DNA of 64,000 nucleotides from Limnochordia bacterium (GTDB lineage Bacteria; Bacillota; Limnochordia; DTU080; RSA5): NCBI GenBank assembly GCA_041686855.1, contig JAWLDA010000007.1, positions 144,977 to 208,976 of the forward strand, read 5' to 3'. Shown piece by piece: positions 46,889 to 60,100 of this stretch (position 1 is its first letter; each line of letters starts with the position of its first letter). The notes under the pieces were generated by a model. It saw only the letters and a program-made list of their open reading frames with translations, ran no database searches and was not told where the DNA came from. The position numbers and the translations under genes were made by a program.

Positions 46889-48085
46889 ATGTCGGGAGAA
46901 TCCCGTGACGTTGCGCGGCCTTGGCTCCCAAGTCGCGAAGACGTGATCCTACTCCTAAAAAACCTCGTCGAGATACCCAGCATGAACCCGTACAACGAGG
47001 CGTTGGACGACCCCCGCTACGGCGAAGCGAAGGCCGCCGAGTTCTTGGTCGCGTGGTTTCAGCGGCGCGGGATTCACGTGGAGACCTCCGACGTGCTTCC
47101 GGGTCGCCCTAACGTGATCGCCCGCGTACCGGGCCATTCGCCCGGGGCTAAGACGTGGCTCCTCCAAACGCACATGGACACCGTCCCGGCCCCATGGCTT
47201 GGCCACGGCAACCCAACGGCCCGTGTCGACGGTGAGCTCGTGTGGGGGCTCGGCTCGTGTGACGCCAAAGGGTGCCTCACCGCGATGATGTTGGCCCTGG
47301 AGTACGCGGCCTCTCAGCGCCCATCGTCCAACCTCGCCCTCTGCGCGGCAGCCGACGAAGAGCACGCCTTCCGCGGCGTCCTCCACCTTCTGGAGGGTGG
47401 CTTTCGTGCCGACGGAGCTGTAGTCGGCGAGCCGACCGAGCACCAGATTGTGGTCGCCCACAAGGGTGTCATCCGCTTTCGCCTCGCCGTGCACGGTGAA
47501 GCGGGCCACGCCTCCACTCCCGACGCCGGCGTGAACGCAATCGTCCACATGGCGAGCGTCGTTCAGCACCTCAACGACCGCTACGTCCCCATGCTGGCGA
47601 CCCGCTCACATCCTAAGCTGGGACCAGCTACGGTGAACATCGGTCGCATCTGGGGCGGCACTCAGGTGAACGTCGTTCCAGACCAGTGCGTCATTGATGT
47701 GGATCGGCGCTACCTACCCGGTGAGAGCGCCGACCAGTTGCTCGGCGAGATCGATGCGGCGCTTAACGAGCTCTCGCAGAGTACTCCCGGTCTCACGTAC
47801 ACCCGCGAAGAGCCCTACATCGACAGCGTGCCCCTGGGAGACGACATCAACATCGAGGTGGCCAACGCCCTCAGTGCCAGTCATCGGGCAATCACCGGAG
47901 CCGACGCACCGAAGATTGGGGTCCCGTTCGGCACCGATGCGAGCAAGATTCAAGCCGCCGGCATCCCCGCAGTCGTCTACGGGCCGGGATCGATCGCCAA
48001 TGCGCACAAGCCGAGCGAGCACGTGGAGATCAGTGCCATCCAGCGTGCCGCCGGCGTGTACGCGCAATGGTTGCTCCAAGCGTAA
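46889..48085 (+). CDS. M20 family metallopeptidase (ArgE/DapE/dipeptidase type)
   Basis: HMDTVP, GLGSCDAKG, EEHAFRG metal-ligand motifs. GGAGGG 9 nt upstream of the ATG at 46889. Confidence 0.75.
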   Translation: MSGESRDVARPWLPSREDVILLLKNLVEIPSMNPYNEALDDPRYGEAKAAEFLVAWFQRRGIHVETSDVLPGRPNVIARVPGHSPGAKTWLLQTHMDTVPAPWLGHGNPTARVDGELVWGLGSCDAKGCLTAMMLALEYAASQRPSSNLALCAAADEEHAFRGVLHLLEGGFRADGAVVGEPTEHQIVVAHKGVIRFRLAVHGEAGHASTPDAGVNAIVHMASVVQHLNDRYVPMLATRSHPKLGPATVNIGRIWGGTQVNVVPDQCVIDVDRRYLPGESADQLLGEIDAALNELSQSTPGLTYTREEPYIDSVPLGDDINIEVANALSASHRAITGADAPKIGVPFGTDASKIQAAGIPAVVYGPGSIANAHKPSEHVEISAIQRAAGVYAQWLLQA

Positions 48086-48105
48086 TCCCAATCGTCACCC
48101 TTATC

Positions 48106-51100
48106 TCAATTCTGCCGGCTCTCCCCGTCTTCGCCACCGTCGTTCTCCTCGTCCTCGCCCACGTCCACCAGGTCATCCGGGTCGGATCCATCGGTGATGT
48201 CGGCGTCAAAGAGGAATCCCACGCCACCTTGGCCGGGCAGAGCGGACTCAGTCACCAACTTTAGCATTTTGCCCGTCAATCGTACGATGCTGTTCTCCGT
48301 ACTGAAGTGCGTCTCGATATAGTCGGGATTGTACGTGACGTCGTACGCATTGGTAAGGATCATGCGATCGGCGGCAAAGAGCAGGTAGAACGGCGTCAGA
48401 TCCGGAGCGTACAACTGAACATCGACATCGAAGAGTTCCTTGTTCACGTTGTCGACTCGCACCGTGTGATACCGATTGTTGATCTCGCCGACGTTGCCGA
48501 TCACTGTATGCAGCAATCGTAGATCGTCTGCATCGACGTCGATCATGGCGTTCTCGGCCTCAAGCCTGTCAAAGATGATGCCCACATTCGAGGTTGCGTG
48601 GACGCTAACCGAATCCGATAGACCCCGCACGCCGCTCACGCTCATGTGCAACTGGTTTGTTCCATGGTGAACCAGCTCGTCGATGCGTACGCGATCCGCC
48701 TGCAACGTGGCGCTTTCGGAGACGGTCAGATGACCAATCTGAAGCGTACTGCCGGGTGTCAGCACCGCGAGGTTGAGCCGCGACACGTCGCCGATCTGCC
48801 CGATGGCGAGTCCAGTCTGAGATTGAATGGCGATGCTTCCCGGCGCTCGCAAGGTATCGATCGTCGCGGCGCCGTCCGGCACGAGGAGATCAATCGAGCC
48901 GGTGTCACTCACCATCGCATCCGAGAGAAGGTCTCCTCCACGTTCCTCGAGGTAGATGCTTCCGTGCGCCGCCGCGTTCAGCCGTCCGGGTGTCATCACC
49001 ACAAAGCGGTTGCCCATCTCACCGATATCGCCGCCCGTCGCCTGCAACGTAATGTCGCTTCCCTCGAGATGGACGGGCCCTGGAGCCATACTGCTGAGAA
49101 TCGATCCACCGGCTTGGATCCGGGCCGCGCCAAGCGCCGTGACCCGACTGATCAATGTGTCGCCGCCACTGGCTGCATCGAAGCCACCACCCGCATCGAT
49201 TGAGGATCCGACTCCCATAGTGAACGCTTCACCCGCCTGGGCGGAGAAAGAGCCACCGGCTGTGATCGCGTCCAACAGCGTGGCATCGGCGCCGACGAGT
49301 AACTGGATGTCGCCGTGTGCACTAAGCTGTCGGAGTTGCAGGTTGCGCTGGGCTGTGATGCTCACCGAACCGGCCGAACTACCCATCGACGAGCCGCTCT
49401 CCATCGTGAGACTCCCGGGGGTCGCCAGCGAAAGGTCTCCACCGGCCGACACTGCATCGTGGAGGATTAGATCGCCGTCGGTGGCCATCAGACCCACATG
49501 GCCACCCGCCGCGAGCGCACCGAGATTCACAGCGTTGCCTACACCGTGCAGGTCGACGCTTCCGTTCGCTGCGGAGATTGCCAGGCTGCCGGTTGCGGCC
49601 ACCCGCAGGACGAGCGGGTCACCGGGGACGCCGATGTCGCCATGATCCGCTGTGAGTTGGATGTTCCTTGCGTCCATGGCGACGGGACGGATACCCCGAG
49701 CGTCAAGGATTGATCCCGTGGCCCTCAAATCGAGGCTCGACTCACCATAGATCTCGGCCACATTGAGATCGCCGGCCACTTCATGGAGGAAGATATCGAG
49801 CGCCGAGCGGGCCGTGACGGTGGAGCCGTCGGTCAGCGCCAGGGTGAGCGGGGCCGACTCCGTGCCGATCCCACCATCGCCCCCTTCGAGCAGGGTGTTA
49901 CCACCTTGGATGTGGGCCGGACCACTCGTGGCGACGGAGTAGAGGCCGTCCGTCCCCTTCACCCGAATAGAGCCGCCGCTGTCGATGGTCTGCACGTAGA
50001 TCGGCGTCCGTGAACCGAGGTAGACATGATCACGCCCCTCGGCGACGACATGCCCCGTGGCGGCCACATCGATCGAATCACGCAGGAGCACCGTAATCGT
50101 TTGGCTCTCGTTGTCGACGGCGACGTCGTCCGTCTCCGCTGCTGCCAAGGCGATCCTTGTATCCTCGTCTTTCAACGCGTCTGGATCGCTACCGTCGATG
50201 ACGATCTGGCCGTTGTCCGTGCCGACGCTCCCCTGATGTGCGATCAAGGTGATATCCCGGCCGACCACATTCGGATCCTCCGTCCGCGTCTCGGTGCTCG
50301 TGGTCTGCTTAAAGAGGACGCCGCCGCGCAGGGCGTATTTCAGTTCACTTTCGGTCCACTCGGCGCCTTGCGTCATGGCCGTCCGCTCTTCGTCGGTGAG
50401 CGTGTATGTCCAACCGGGGTCGTACGTCGTCTCCCCGAAGGCTGCATGCAACCGCTCATACTCCTGACGCAAATCGGGGTCGCCTACGCTCGTCGGATCG
50501 TACGGATCCGCTTCGTATCCGATCGGATCGCCGTTGGTGTCGAACCCGGTGGCACGCACACCGCGCAGGTTCCAGTACCGCTGATACTCACTCTGACGGA
50601 GCTGCTGATACGCCCTCATCGTATTCTCAGCGCTTTCGTCGGCGCCGGCGCCCGTGAGGAGCATCTGATCCCAAAGCTGGTTCAACTGATCGATCGTACG
50701 TTGATCCTTCACTTCGTTGGGATTGGCGTCGACCAACGATCCATTCGCCGCCTCGATCCGTACGTCGCCACCCTGTGACTCGACCCGAATCAGGCGGAAG
50801 TCGCCGCTTGGCTGCCGCAGCGAAATGTCACCGGCGGCTGTCACATTCACACCCGCGAGTTGATCGCTGCCACTTTGCACGTTCAGCGGTTGAGCCGATG
50901 TTCCGACCCCGCCGAAACGCGAGGTAAGGTCGATCCGATTCCCAACGATAGCCGCTGCATCGCCGGGACTGGCTTGCACAATCGCTCCATCGGCTCCGAT
51001 CCGCACGTTCCCCGAGCCTGCCGAGACGCTCAGGAGACGAAGATCCCCTTGCATACCCTCGATGTACACGTCTCCGGTGGGACTCGTCGCACCGAGCGAG

Positions 51101-54100
51101 CCTGTGTCGCCTACCAATCGCACCGCCACTGAGGCAAGGTCGGTGCCGATTCCACTCTGGGCATCCAGCACAATGTCTCGTGCTGCAACACCAGCTCGGT
51201 CAGAAGCTTGATGGATCGCGCCTTCACTCACAAGATTCACCGTGCCGCCGGTGTTGCTCACCTGTCCACTCATGAGGATGTTGCCGACGCTGGTCACGTT
51301 GATGCGTGCGTCGGCCGAGCCGCCGTCGTAACCGATAAACTCGATGGGAATGTGGAAGTCAGCGCGGACTGAGTGGGTGTACACCTGCTTCGTCCCTTTC
51401 TCCCACTCCTGTTGGACGTAGTACGTCCGTTTACCGACACACCACCCGAAAACATTCCAGTCCTTACATTCAGACCATCGCTTCGGATCACCCACCATGG
51501 CAAGCTCATCCGTCGTATACTCGTTGAATGAATACTCATAGTTGGAGTCCTCTCCGTCTCCATACCACGAGTAGGCGCCGTTTGGCAGATCGGTAGCCGC
51601 GCCGTCGGCCTTCTTCTCCCAGGTGTTGTACGATCCGGAGTCGCCAGGGATAAAATCAAACCACCCGTCTTGCCATGCGGTCCCCACAAAACGCTCAGTG
51701 AAGTCGCGCCCTCGCGTCCACACGTAGCGCAATCCACTCGTGGGATCGTACCCGGCGTTGCGGGTGTTTGCACTTAGGGTCGAGCTCAGCAGCGTATCGC
51801 CAGCCCACGTCTGTGTGCGCACATCGCTGCCCAAACGCTCGTAGACGGTGGTGATCGGTGTTCCACCGGCGTCCGTCTTTGCAGTATCCGTGATGCGGAG
51901 GACGCCCTCGATGTTGTCGCCGTTGTCAAGGCCCATGATCACGATCTCGCGTCCCGTATGGTTCACGACGTCGATGCGGCCATATCCGTCCATGATCTCG
52001 ATCTTGCCGCCGCCCGTGTTCATGATCTCGCCGAAGAGCTCCGCGTACCCACCCTGCACCCGAACGTTGTCGAGGATGATCTGGTCCGTCTCCGGATTGT
52101 AGTAAGCAGCCACCTCGCCCAGCGGACCGCGCTTGGCCGGGTCAGGGTCGATAAACCCGGTGAGCTGATACGGCGCCAGGTCGCCCGAACTGGAGATACT
52201 GGGGCGTCTGGCCGCCTCCCACGCCTGTTTGAAGGTAGCGATCTGTCCCTCTAGCGAGGCGTCGAGCGTCACCTGCCAGTCAGGGATACCGCTTTGGACG
52301 AGACCGTTCAGATTGAGATAGCGAGCGCTTAGAAAGACGTTGTTCCCGGCAATCCATGACCCCGCACCGGCGCGGAAAGAGTTGTTGCTGACTCCAGATG
52401 TGCGGCCCTCGGCGGCGCTGGACACGTCGCTCCACAGTGACGTAGGGTCGCCGCCGATCGACTGTAAACCGTCCACGTACTCCTGCTCGATGCTCCCGTT
52501 GGGCGCCAGGATTTCCACGGTATTCGCCACGATGCTGGGCGCCGCCTGAGCGCCGACGCCCTGTAGTTTGACGCTGCCGTGATTGTTAATCACTGTCACG
52601 GTACCGGTGCGATTGGTGATGTCCCCCGTCAACTCGATGTCGGGTGGATGAACGTCGTCGACGATGGGGTTGTAGGTGTTTTGCACCACGATTTGTGGTG
52701 TATCGTCGGAGCTACCCAAGGCGACGACCTCAAGAGCGGCCGTCGGGCTGCCGGCGCGATTACGCTGGTTGATCTCGGCGGAGCCGCTCACAGCCACTTC
52801 ATTGAAGTAGAGGTGCCCGCCGACGTCTTCGATGGTCAACTCTGCAGTGCGTAGAAACTGGGGGCTGTTGTTGATCACCGTGATCTCAGTATCGTTGGGC
52901 GCCCACAAGCTGCCTCCTCCGGCCAAGTAGCCGCCGCTCACGTAGATGTCGCCACCGCGTGCCCGCACGTCGTTCACATTGACCACGTCGATCTGTAGGT
53001 TGGTGACGGGGTAAATCTCACCACCAGGCGCTTGGTCGGCGTAGCCAAGGCGCAACAATTGGTTGCGCAGGAAGCGAATCTCCGCGTCGTACGCTGCCGA
53101 CGCGTTCGCATCACCGTCGTAATGGGCTCGCAAGTCGATGAGCTCGTTTAATCGGGCGAACATATTGGTCACCAGGTCCTCGGTGGTGATCGCAAACGTG
53201 ACGCCGTCGGTCTGCTCCAAGACGTTCCCCTCTGTGTCGAAGACGAGACGCTGCTTATTGTAGATGCCGGCGTGTGCCGACCCCTCGACCGTGACGCCAC
53301 TCGTCGCCTGAGTGACACTGGTCCCGGCCTTGATGTCAAGAGAGACGTCTCCGCCGCCGACCAGATTACTAAAGGCGCTGGCTACTTCTGCCGCTAACTC
53401 CCGGTACAAATCCTTTCCGGTCCCTTGACCGTCGGCGACGGCGCTCCCCTCCGAGGTGAGGAGTGCGATGTCCCGGCGACTACGCACAGCGGCGCCATTG
53501 GCTATGGTGATGTGATTGCCCTGGACGATCTTGGCGTCAGCCTGCGGATCGGTCACGATCGGCACCGCCGTTTTATTGAAGAGGTCCGTCCTTGCAACGG
53601 AGCGCAATTCATTCACATTACCCTCTGCGTCACGGCCGGCGAGGAGGTTGACGTCTCCATCGGCCCTAATCTGGGCGCCCCCCTCGAGATCGACGGTATT
53701 CTCGGTCGTCACCGTCGAATTGGACTCTCCCTGAGCGGCGCTGGCCAACCCGTAGGTCTTGGCGTTAGCGCTCGTCTCGACGGTACCGCTGGTGGACGCC
53801 GCCAGATTGATTGTGCCCACCGTGTCGAGGACCGCGCCTTCACCCACGCTCACCGCCGCGTTGGCATCTACGTCGACCTTCGACTCAGCCTTGGCGATCG
53901 CGATGGCGCCCCCCGCGTCAAGCTTCGTTTTATCCTCCACCTGGAGGCTGTTCACAGCCTGGAAGTCGGCCCGACCGGGATTCTTCATGTCGCCCACGAC
54001 GTAGATCGAGGCATTCTTACCAATCGTCACGTTGGTTCCAAGATTCACGTCGGATTCGCTGCTGGCAGCTGCGCCCGACGCCAAACCGCCCGCACCGGCC

Positions 54101-57100
54101 TTGGCGTTGAAGTCGTTGCCCGGCAACGTATCTTTGCGCACCTCGTTCTCCGCGAGCACGTCGATACTGGTCGTCTGCAGGCGGGCGTTGGCGCGGATCA
54201 CGGCATCGACCGTCGACCTCACGTCGTGGACCGTCGTGGCGCCACTTCCGCCCACCAGGGCCGCCTGGATACTGTCCACCTTGCCGTTGAAGTCGGCCAT
54301 GTGGTTGGCATCTACGTTAATGCCGCCGGTGACAAGGCAGGACGTGGGCGCCGCTAGATGGCAGTCGGCGCTACCGGTGGCGCCACCGCCGAGCTCTGCT
54401 CTCGTATTCGAGTGGTTTTGGGTTGTCGCCCAAACACCGGCGATGGCAATCCCACCGCCGCTGCCGAGCGTACCGCCGGCGTAGGTACGATCGTTTCCGC
54501 CCGCATGGAGGGTGAGGACCTCTCCCACGCGACCGGAGACATGGTCTGCGATCTCTGCGAAGGTCGTGCTGTTGGCATTGGCATACGCCAAATCAGCGCC
54601 GGCCGCCGCAACGCCGGCCAGCAGTCCACTGACAAGTCCCTCTTGTTTCGTCGTGTTCGATGCCTGGACTGTGGCGTTGCCGCCAATGGTTAGATCCGAG
54701 CCGACCCATGCCAGAACGTTCGAAGTGCTTTGGGCCGTGCTCTCAGCCCCAGCGCCGCCGATAAGAGCGCCCACGGCCGCTGTGGCGTCACTCTTAGCAG
54801 TTGCGGCTGTGTCTTGGAGACCGACGGTCGCGCGCACGGTCAACCCGCCGGCTGTCACTCTTCCGCCATTTCCGATGGAGGCCTCCACCGTCGGCGTTGC
54901 CGTCGCTTTAGCGATCGAGACCCCAACGCCTAAGGCGCCCACGTTGTACCCTGCGGCTGTTGCCACGACTTGCGGTCGGGCGGTCGCGTCGACAAGCACG
55001 CTTCCTGTCGGCGCCATAACGAAGACGTTCTCTCCCAACTTAGCGGAGGTCGTGCCCCCGTCCGTCGCCCGAGCGTCCGAACCCGAGCCGGCGACGACTC
55101 CACCGGCGCCGGCTACGGTCTTCGCTTCGACCCTGCCCCCGCGGTGGCTCTCCACGCTGAGTTGTCCGCCCGCGAATCCTACGTTTGTTGCCGGACCAGA
55201 ATCTAGGCTGCCGCCCACCATGGCGAGACTCTCACCCGACTTGTCGGCCCGCGCAACGACTGCACCGGCCGCGGCTAACCCACCGGTGAAGCCCCATGCA
55301 TGGGCGATCACATCCTGGCCGTCCATCGCCTGAACCGAAACGTTGCCCGGACCGCTGCCGATCCCGATGGAGGCTCCTTGCGCGACTGTCGCTGTGACGT
55401 TGTTGGTCACGTCGGTGATAGCGACGGCCGCTCCCAGGGAGATGACGCCGGCGCTCCCTTGATAACTCTTCACGCTCGCTGCGACGTCGTTCGCGTCGAG
55501 TTTGGCCGTCTCAGCGTGAATCGCCACGTCGCCGGAGTCCGAATCGATCCGCGCCATGCCGAGGAGTGTCGCCTCGACGTTGTGCGTGAGCTGCATCACA
55601 CCGACGGCCCCGCCCGCGGCGAGGAATCCCAATCCGCCGGCGCCGGCGTTGATGTGGGCCTTCTCCTTCTCAAGGGCGTTTAGTGTCACATCGCCACCGG
55701 CCCGAATGACAGCGTCGCCGCCGACCACCGCTGACGTTTTGGCCGCAAGGGCCGGCGCCGCCGCTAGCGAGGTTGAGACCCCTACTTTGCCGGAGCTGTT
55801 GGCCTCGTCGAGCTCTGCCTGAGTGAGCCCACGGCCCAACTCGATGTTTCGCTCATCGCTGCCTCCGCCTGCCCCCGCGTTGAGGCGGTTGCCGCCGGCA
55901 AGTCGGTCCACATACCTGAGAATGCCGTCGCCCGACCCATCCGACTCGGCGTTCTCGTTCAACTGGGTAGCAGCGTCCCCCGAAAGTTCCTTACCTACTA
56001 AGATGACCGCGGCGGTGCCACCGAAGCCGAGTCCACCGACGCCAAGGGTGCCTGCAATCGTATCCAAATCCCGCTCGGTCACGGCCTCTACGCTCACATG
56101 GTTCGTGGTGTAGACTGATCCTCCGTGGATGTACGCCGACGTCGTGTTCTCCACTTGGGTGACGGCGGCGCCCATGCCCAACCCTGCGCCGAGGCCGGTC
56201 ACGTCAAGGCCGATCGCCCCCGCCGTGTTCTTCACGTGTACAGCGTCATCGGCGCTGATCGTCAGGCTCTGGGCCCTCTGCCCGAGCGCGCCGATCTCCG
56301 AATCCTTCACGTAGGCCTCGGTGGTCTTCTTCACCAAGCTGACCACTGCGCTGCCGGCAACACCCGTTCCAGCCGCCGCGCTACCGCTGACGCCCCAGTT
56401 CTCAATCTCCGTCGATCCGTTGGCCTTGACCGAGACCGCCCCGGTGGCCTCCGTAAGGTTGGCTGTGTCAATAGCGGCTCGGGTGACGCGCTCGTCAAGG
56501 CCCACTGCAAACGTTGCGGAGACGCCGACAAGGCCGACCGTCGCTCCTCCAGCCGCCACAAAGAAGCGGCTATCATGCGTCGCATCGACGGAGAGGTCGG
56601 CCGTGTGCGCTGTCACGTTCCGCAAGAAGGCTTCCGTCGTGCCGGTGAATTTTGCGACGGAGCCGGTGCCGACCACGCCGACGATTCCGCCGGCGCCACC
56701 CACCGCGAGCGACGAGACGCCTTGACTCGACGTGGCGTCGACGGCGAGGGTGTCCTCCGCTCGAATCTCGTCGCTACCCTTGATGTACGCTCGAGTATCC
56801 CGTTCGAAGACGTTGGTGTCGACCCCTACGCCGACACCGGCTCCCAACGGGCCAATGGCCAAGGTACCAACGAAGTCGTTGCCGTAGGCGTGGTCGCTCG
56901 CCCCCACGTGCACCGACTGAGAGCTGCTTCCAACGCCGCTCGCCGCCTTATTGATCAAGGCGCCATCGATGTACGCCTCTGTGGCGCCACTGACAAGATT
57001 CACGTTGGTGGTGCCGGCAACACCCGCATACTGTCCACCGGCCACGTTGGCGACGACACTCTCGAAACTGTGCGTCGCCGAGGCATTAACGGCGACACCA

Positions 57101-60100
57101 GTGACACTCTGGCTCGCGCGCATCGCAGCCAGATCAGCGCGTCCGTAGGCGCTCAGGTCAAGCCCGCTGGCCAAATCGATCGTACCGTTTAAGCGTCCGG
57201 AGTTGACCGTGAGGGTGTTCCCCGCGTTCCGAGCGAGGGCGGTCACCTCGGTTTTGCCCGCGCCGGTGCAGTCGGCGAGCGAGCACGTGTCAGAGATGTA
57301 CGCTCGTGTGGCGCCCCCAATCTTGTTGACGGCGACCGAAGCGCCGACACCGGCAGCCGAGATTCCCACTCCGGCGCTCCCAGCGGCGTTGGTGATGACG
57401 TCATCGCTTTCGGCGATGACTCCCACGTTATCTTGAGCAACGACGCGCGCTCCGGAGTCAATGTAACTCGTCGTCTCGGTCTCGACGAAATTTGTGGCCA
57501 CGGATCCGGCAACGCCCACGTCCATGCCGCCTCCGACGCCCACCGCCACACTCTCGATGTCGGCTGCAGAGTCGCTACGCACGATCAGGTTGCCGACGGC
57601 GTAGGTCGAGGACGCGGCACTGCCGCTCACGCGGGCTGTAGTCTCGTTCAACACCCGATTCACGGCGACGGCAAGGCCCACTGAGGCGCTACCCGATGCG
57701 GCGACCCCGCCGGAGAGGGCCTGGATACTAGACGCGTCATTCGCGCTGACGGCGACCGAGTTCTCTTGGTTTCCCGAACGTGCGTTGACGATCGCCGCCT
57801 CCGTCGTGTTGGCGATGTGGGCCGAAGATGCCGATCCATTCACGGCAAAGTTTTGCGAACCGCCGGTGGCCGCCGCCAGCGTACGAATTTGCGAGAGATT
57901 GGATGCGGTGACGGACGTTGTCATGTTTATATTGAAGTGAACCCCATCGAGTTGCGCCCGCACTGTGTTTCCGATCTGGTTATGGGCAATGGCGCCGCCA
58001 ATCGAGCCGTTGCCGGTGCTAACGCTCACTTGACCGGCAAGGGAATCGATCTTGGAGGTATCTTCCGCAATCACGCTTAACTGCTCGGCCTTCACTTCGT
58101 GGTCGCCCGTCGACGTCACCTCAGCGACGACACGATTGACGATCTCGTTGACGACGACTGATCCGCCGCCGGCAAACTGACCCAGGGCGATGCCCACGCC
58201 GACGGCGAGTCCCGTGATGCTTGCGTTCGACGTCGCGTTCACGCTCAATGCGCCGCCTGCGCTCACGCCCGAATCGGCGATGCGAGCCACAAACGAGTTT
58301 TGGATCGAGTTCCAGGCAAACGAGGTGCCGACATTGTTCTTTCCAACCTGAACGACACCCGCCACGGAGAGGATGCTGCTGCCGCCTGCGGTCGACGCGC
58401 CCACGGCTTCGCCGTCGTAGTCGAGAGAGGCCGCATTGGGGTTGCCACCGTCTTCCCGATCGATCACGGCGACCAGCCCGGCTACCGACGGGTCGTCCGC
58501 CGAGATATCCCGGGCGAGCACGTCGACGTTACCGGTCACGTTGACAGAGGAGCCGCCTCGCACCTCTCCAACCGTCGTGTTCTCAATCTCACTGATGACG
58601 ACCGCCCCGCCCAACGTGACACCGTTATCCGCCACCGTCACTCCGGCCATGCCACCGCCCGCCGCGATGCGAGCTGAAGTGAGCGCATGCACCGCGAGAT
58701 CGTCGAACTCGGAAAGAGTCGTGCTGTCGAGGTACGCCGAAGAAGTGTTAGCCACTTCGCTGTAGGTGACCGCTGCGCCAAAGCCGCCTTTGCCGCCGGC
58801 GACGAGCGAGCCGCCGCCGGTTCCAAGTAGGGTGCGGTCGTAGGCAATCAAGTGGACGGTCCGATCGTTCACGCCCGCCGCCCCCGTCACAGTCGAATCA
58901 AAGGCGAAGGCCGAGACCGTGTTTGCGCTCAAGCTGACGGAGACAGAGCCGGCCGCGCTGCCTGCTTTGGCTTGGTTGGCGGAGGCGTTGACGGCGAGGC
59001 CGATGGCAACAGCAACCTGCTCACCGCCTGCGAGCGCGTGAATCGAGACGTCTTCGACCCCACTCACATGGGAGTGGTTGATGTATGCGAGCGTATCGTT
59101 ACTCAGATCGTTCACCGCAACGCTTCCTGCGACGCCGGCGCTAAAGCTTGAGCTCGGATTGTTGGCCCGGGTGAGCGCAGCAGAGCCGCCGAAGGCGCCG
59201 ATATCGGTGTCGTTCACCGCGGAGAGCGCTACCGAGCTCCCGTCGCCGGACAACTGGAGCCTCGCACCATCGGTGAAGGCCGCCGTGTTGAGATCGACGA
59301 GGTTCACCGAGGCGCTTCCCGAGACGGAGATCCCGAACTTGGGCTCGTTCGGCTTGGTGGCAGGCCCCTCCTCGAATACCTGGAGCCCCAGTTTATCGAG
59401 GCCTCGCACAAGAGCGCCCTTCGCCTTGTCGCCAGCCCCCGGACCCTCGGCCGGATCACTGGAGGCAGCGGCCGCTGCTGCCACCGCGATCGTCTCGATG
59501 CGTCCGTCTGTGCGAGCGTCAATCGCGAGCGTCTGAGCCGTCACCCTTCCGTCCGTGATCGCCAGGAGCGAGCCACCCTCGAGCCAGTCGTCGTTATCGC
59601 CGACAAACGCCCGCGTGTTCGTCGTCACTCCGTTGAGCGCGATGCTGAGTCCGATGCCGACGCTGTCAGCCATATTAAAGGCGCCGGTCGCCACCCAACT
59701 GATCACATTCTCCGACGCCTGCAGGTCGAGGCGCGAGGCGTTTACCGTCGCTTCATCGTCGACCGAGGCCTCGGTCGTATCGTCAATGTTGGCCCATGCA
59801 AAGATGCCGCTCAAACCGTAGCTAGCGCCGCGCCCGGCCGACGGACCGATCACGATGGCCTGAGTCGTCGTCGCCGCGGTGATCCCCACGGAGACAGGAG
59901 TACCCCCTGCCTCCGGACCAATGCGCGCTCCCTCGGCCACGAACGCCCTCGTTACGTTCGTATAGTTGATTTGACCGTAGCTGCCGCCAGCAGAGGCTGC
60001 GCCGGGGTCGCCTCCCGCGCCGTTCAACAGGATCGAGAGATTGCCCGAGGCAAATGCGCCGGAGATTTCTGTGTACGCGGCGATCTCCACCGACGATTTC

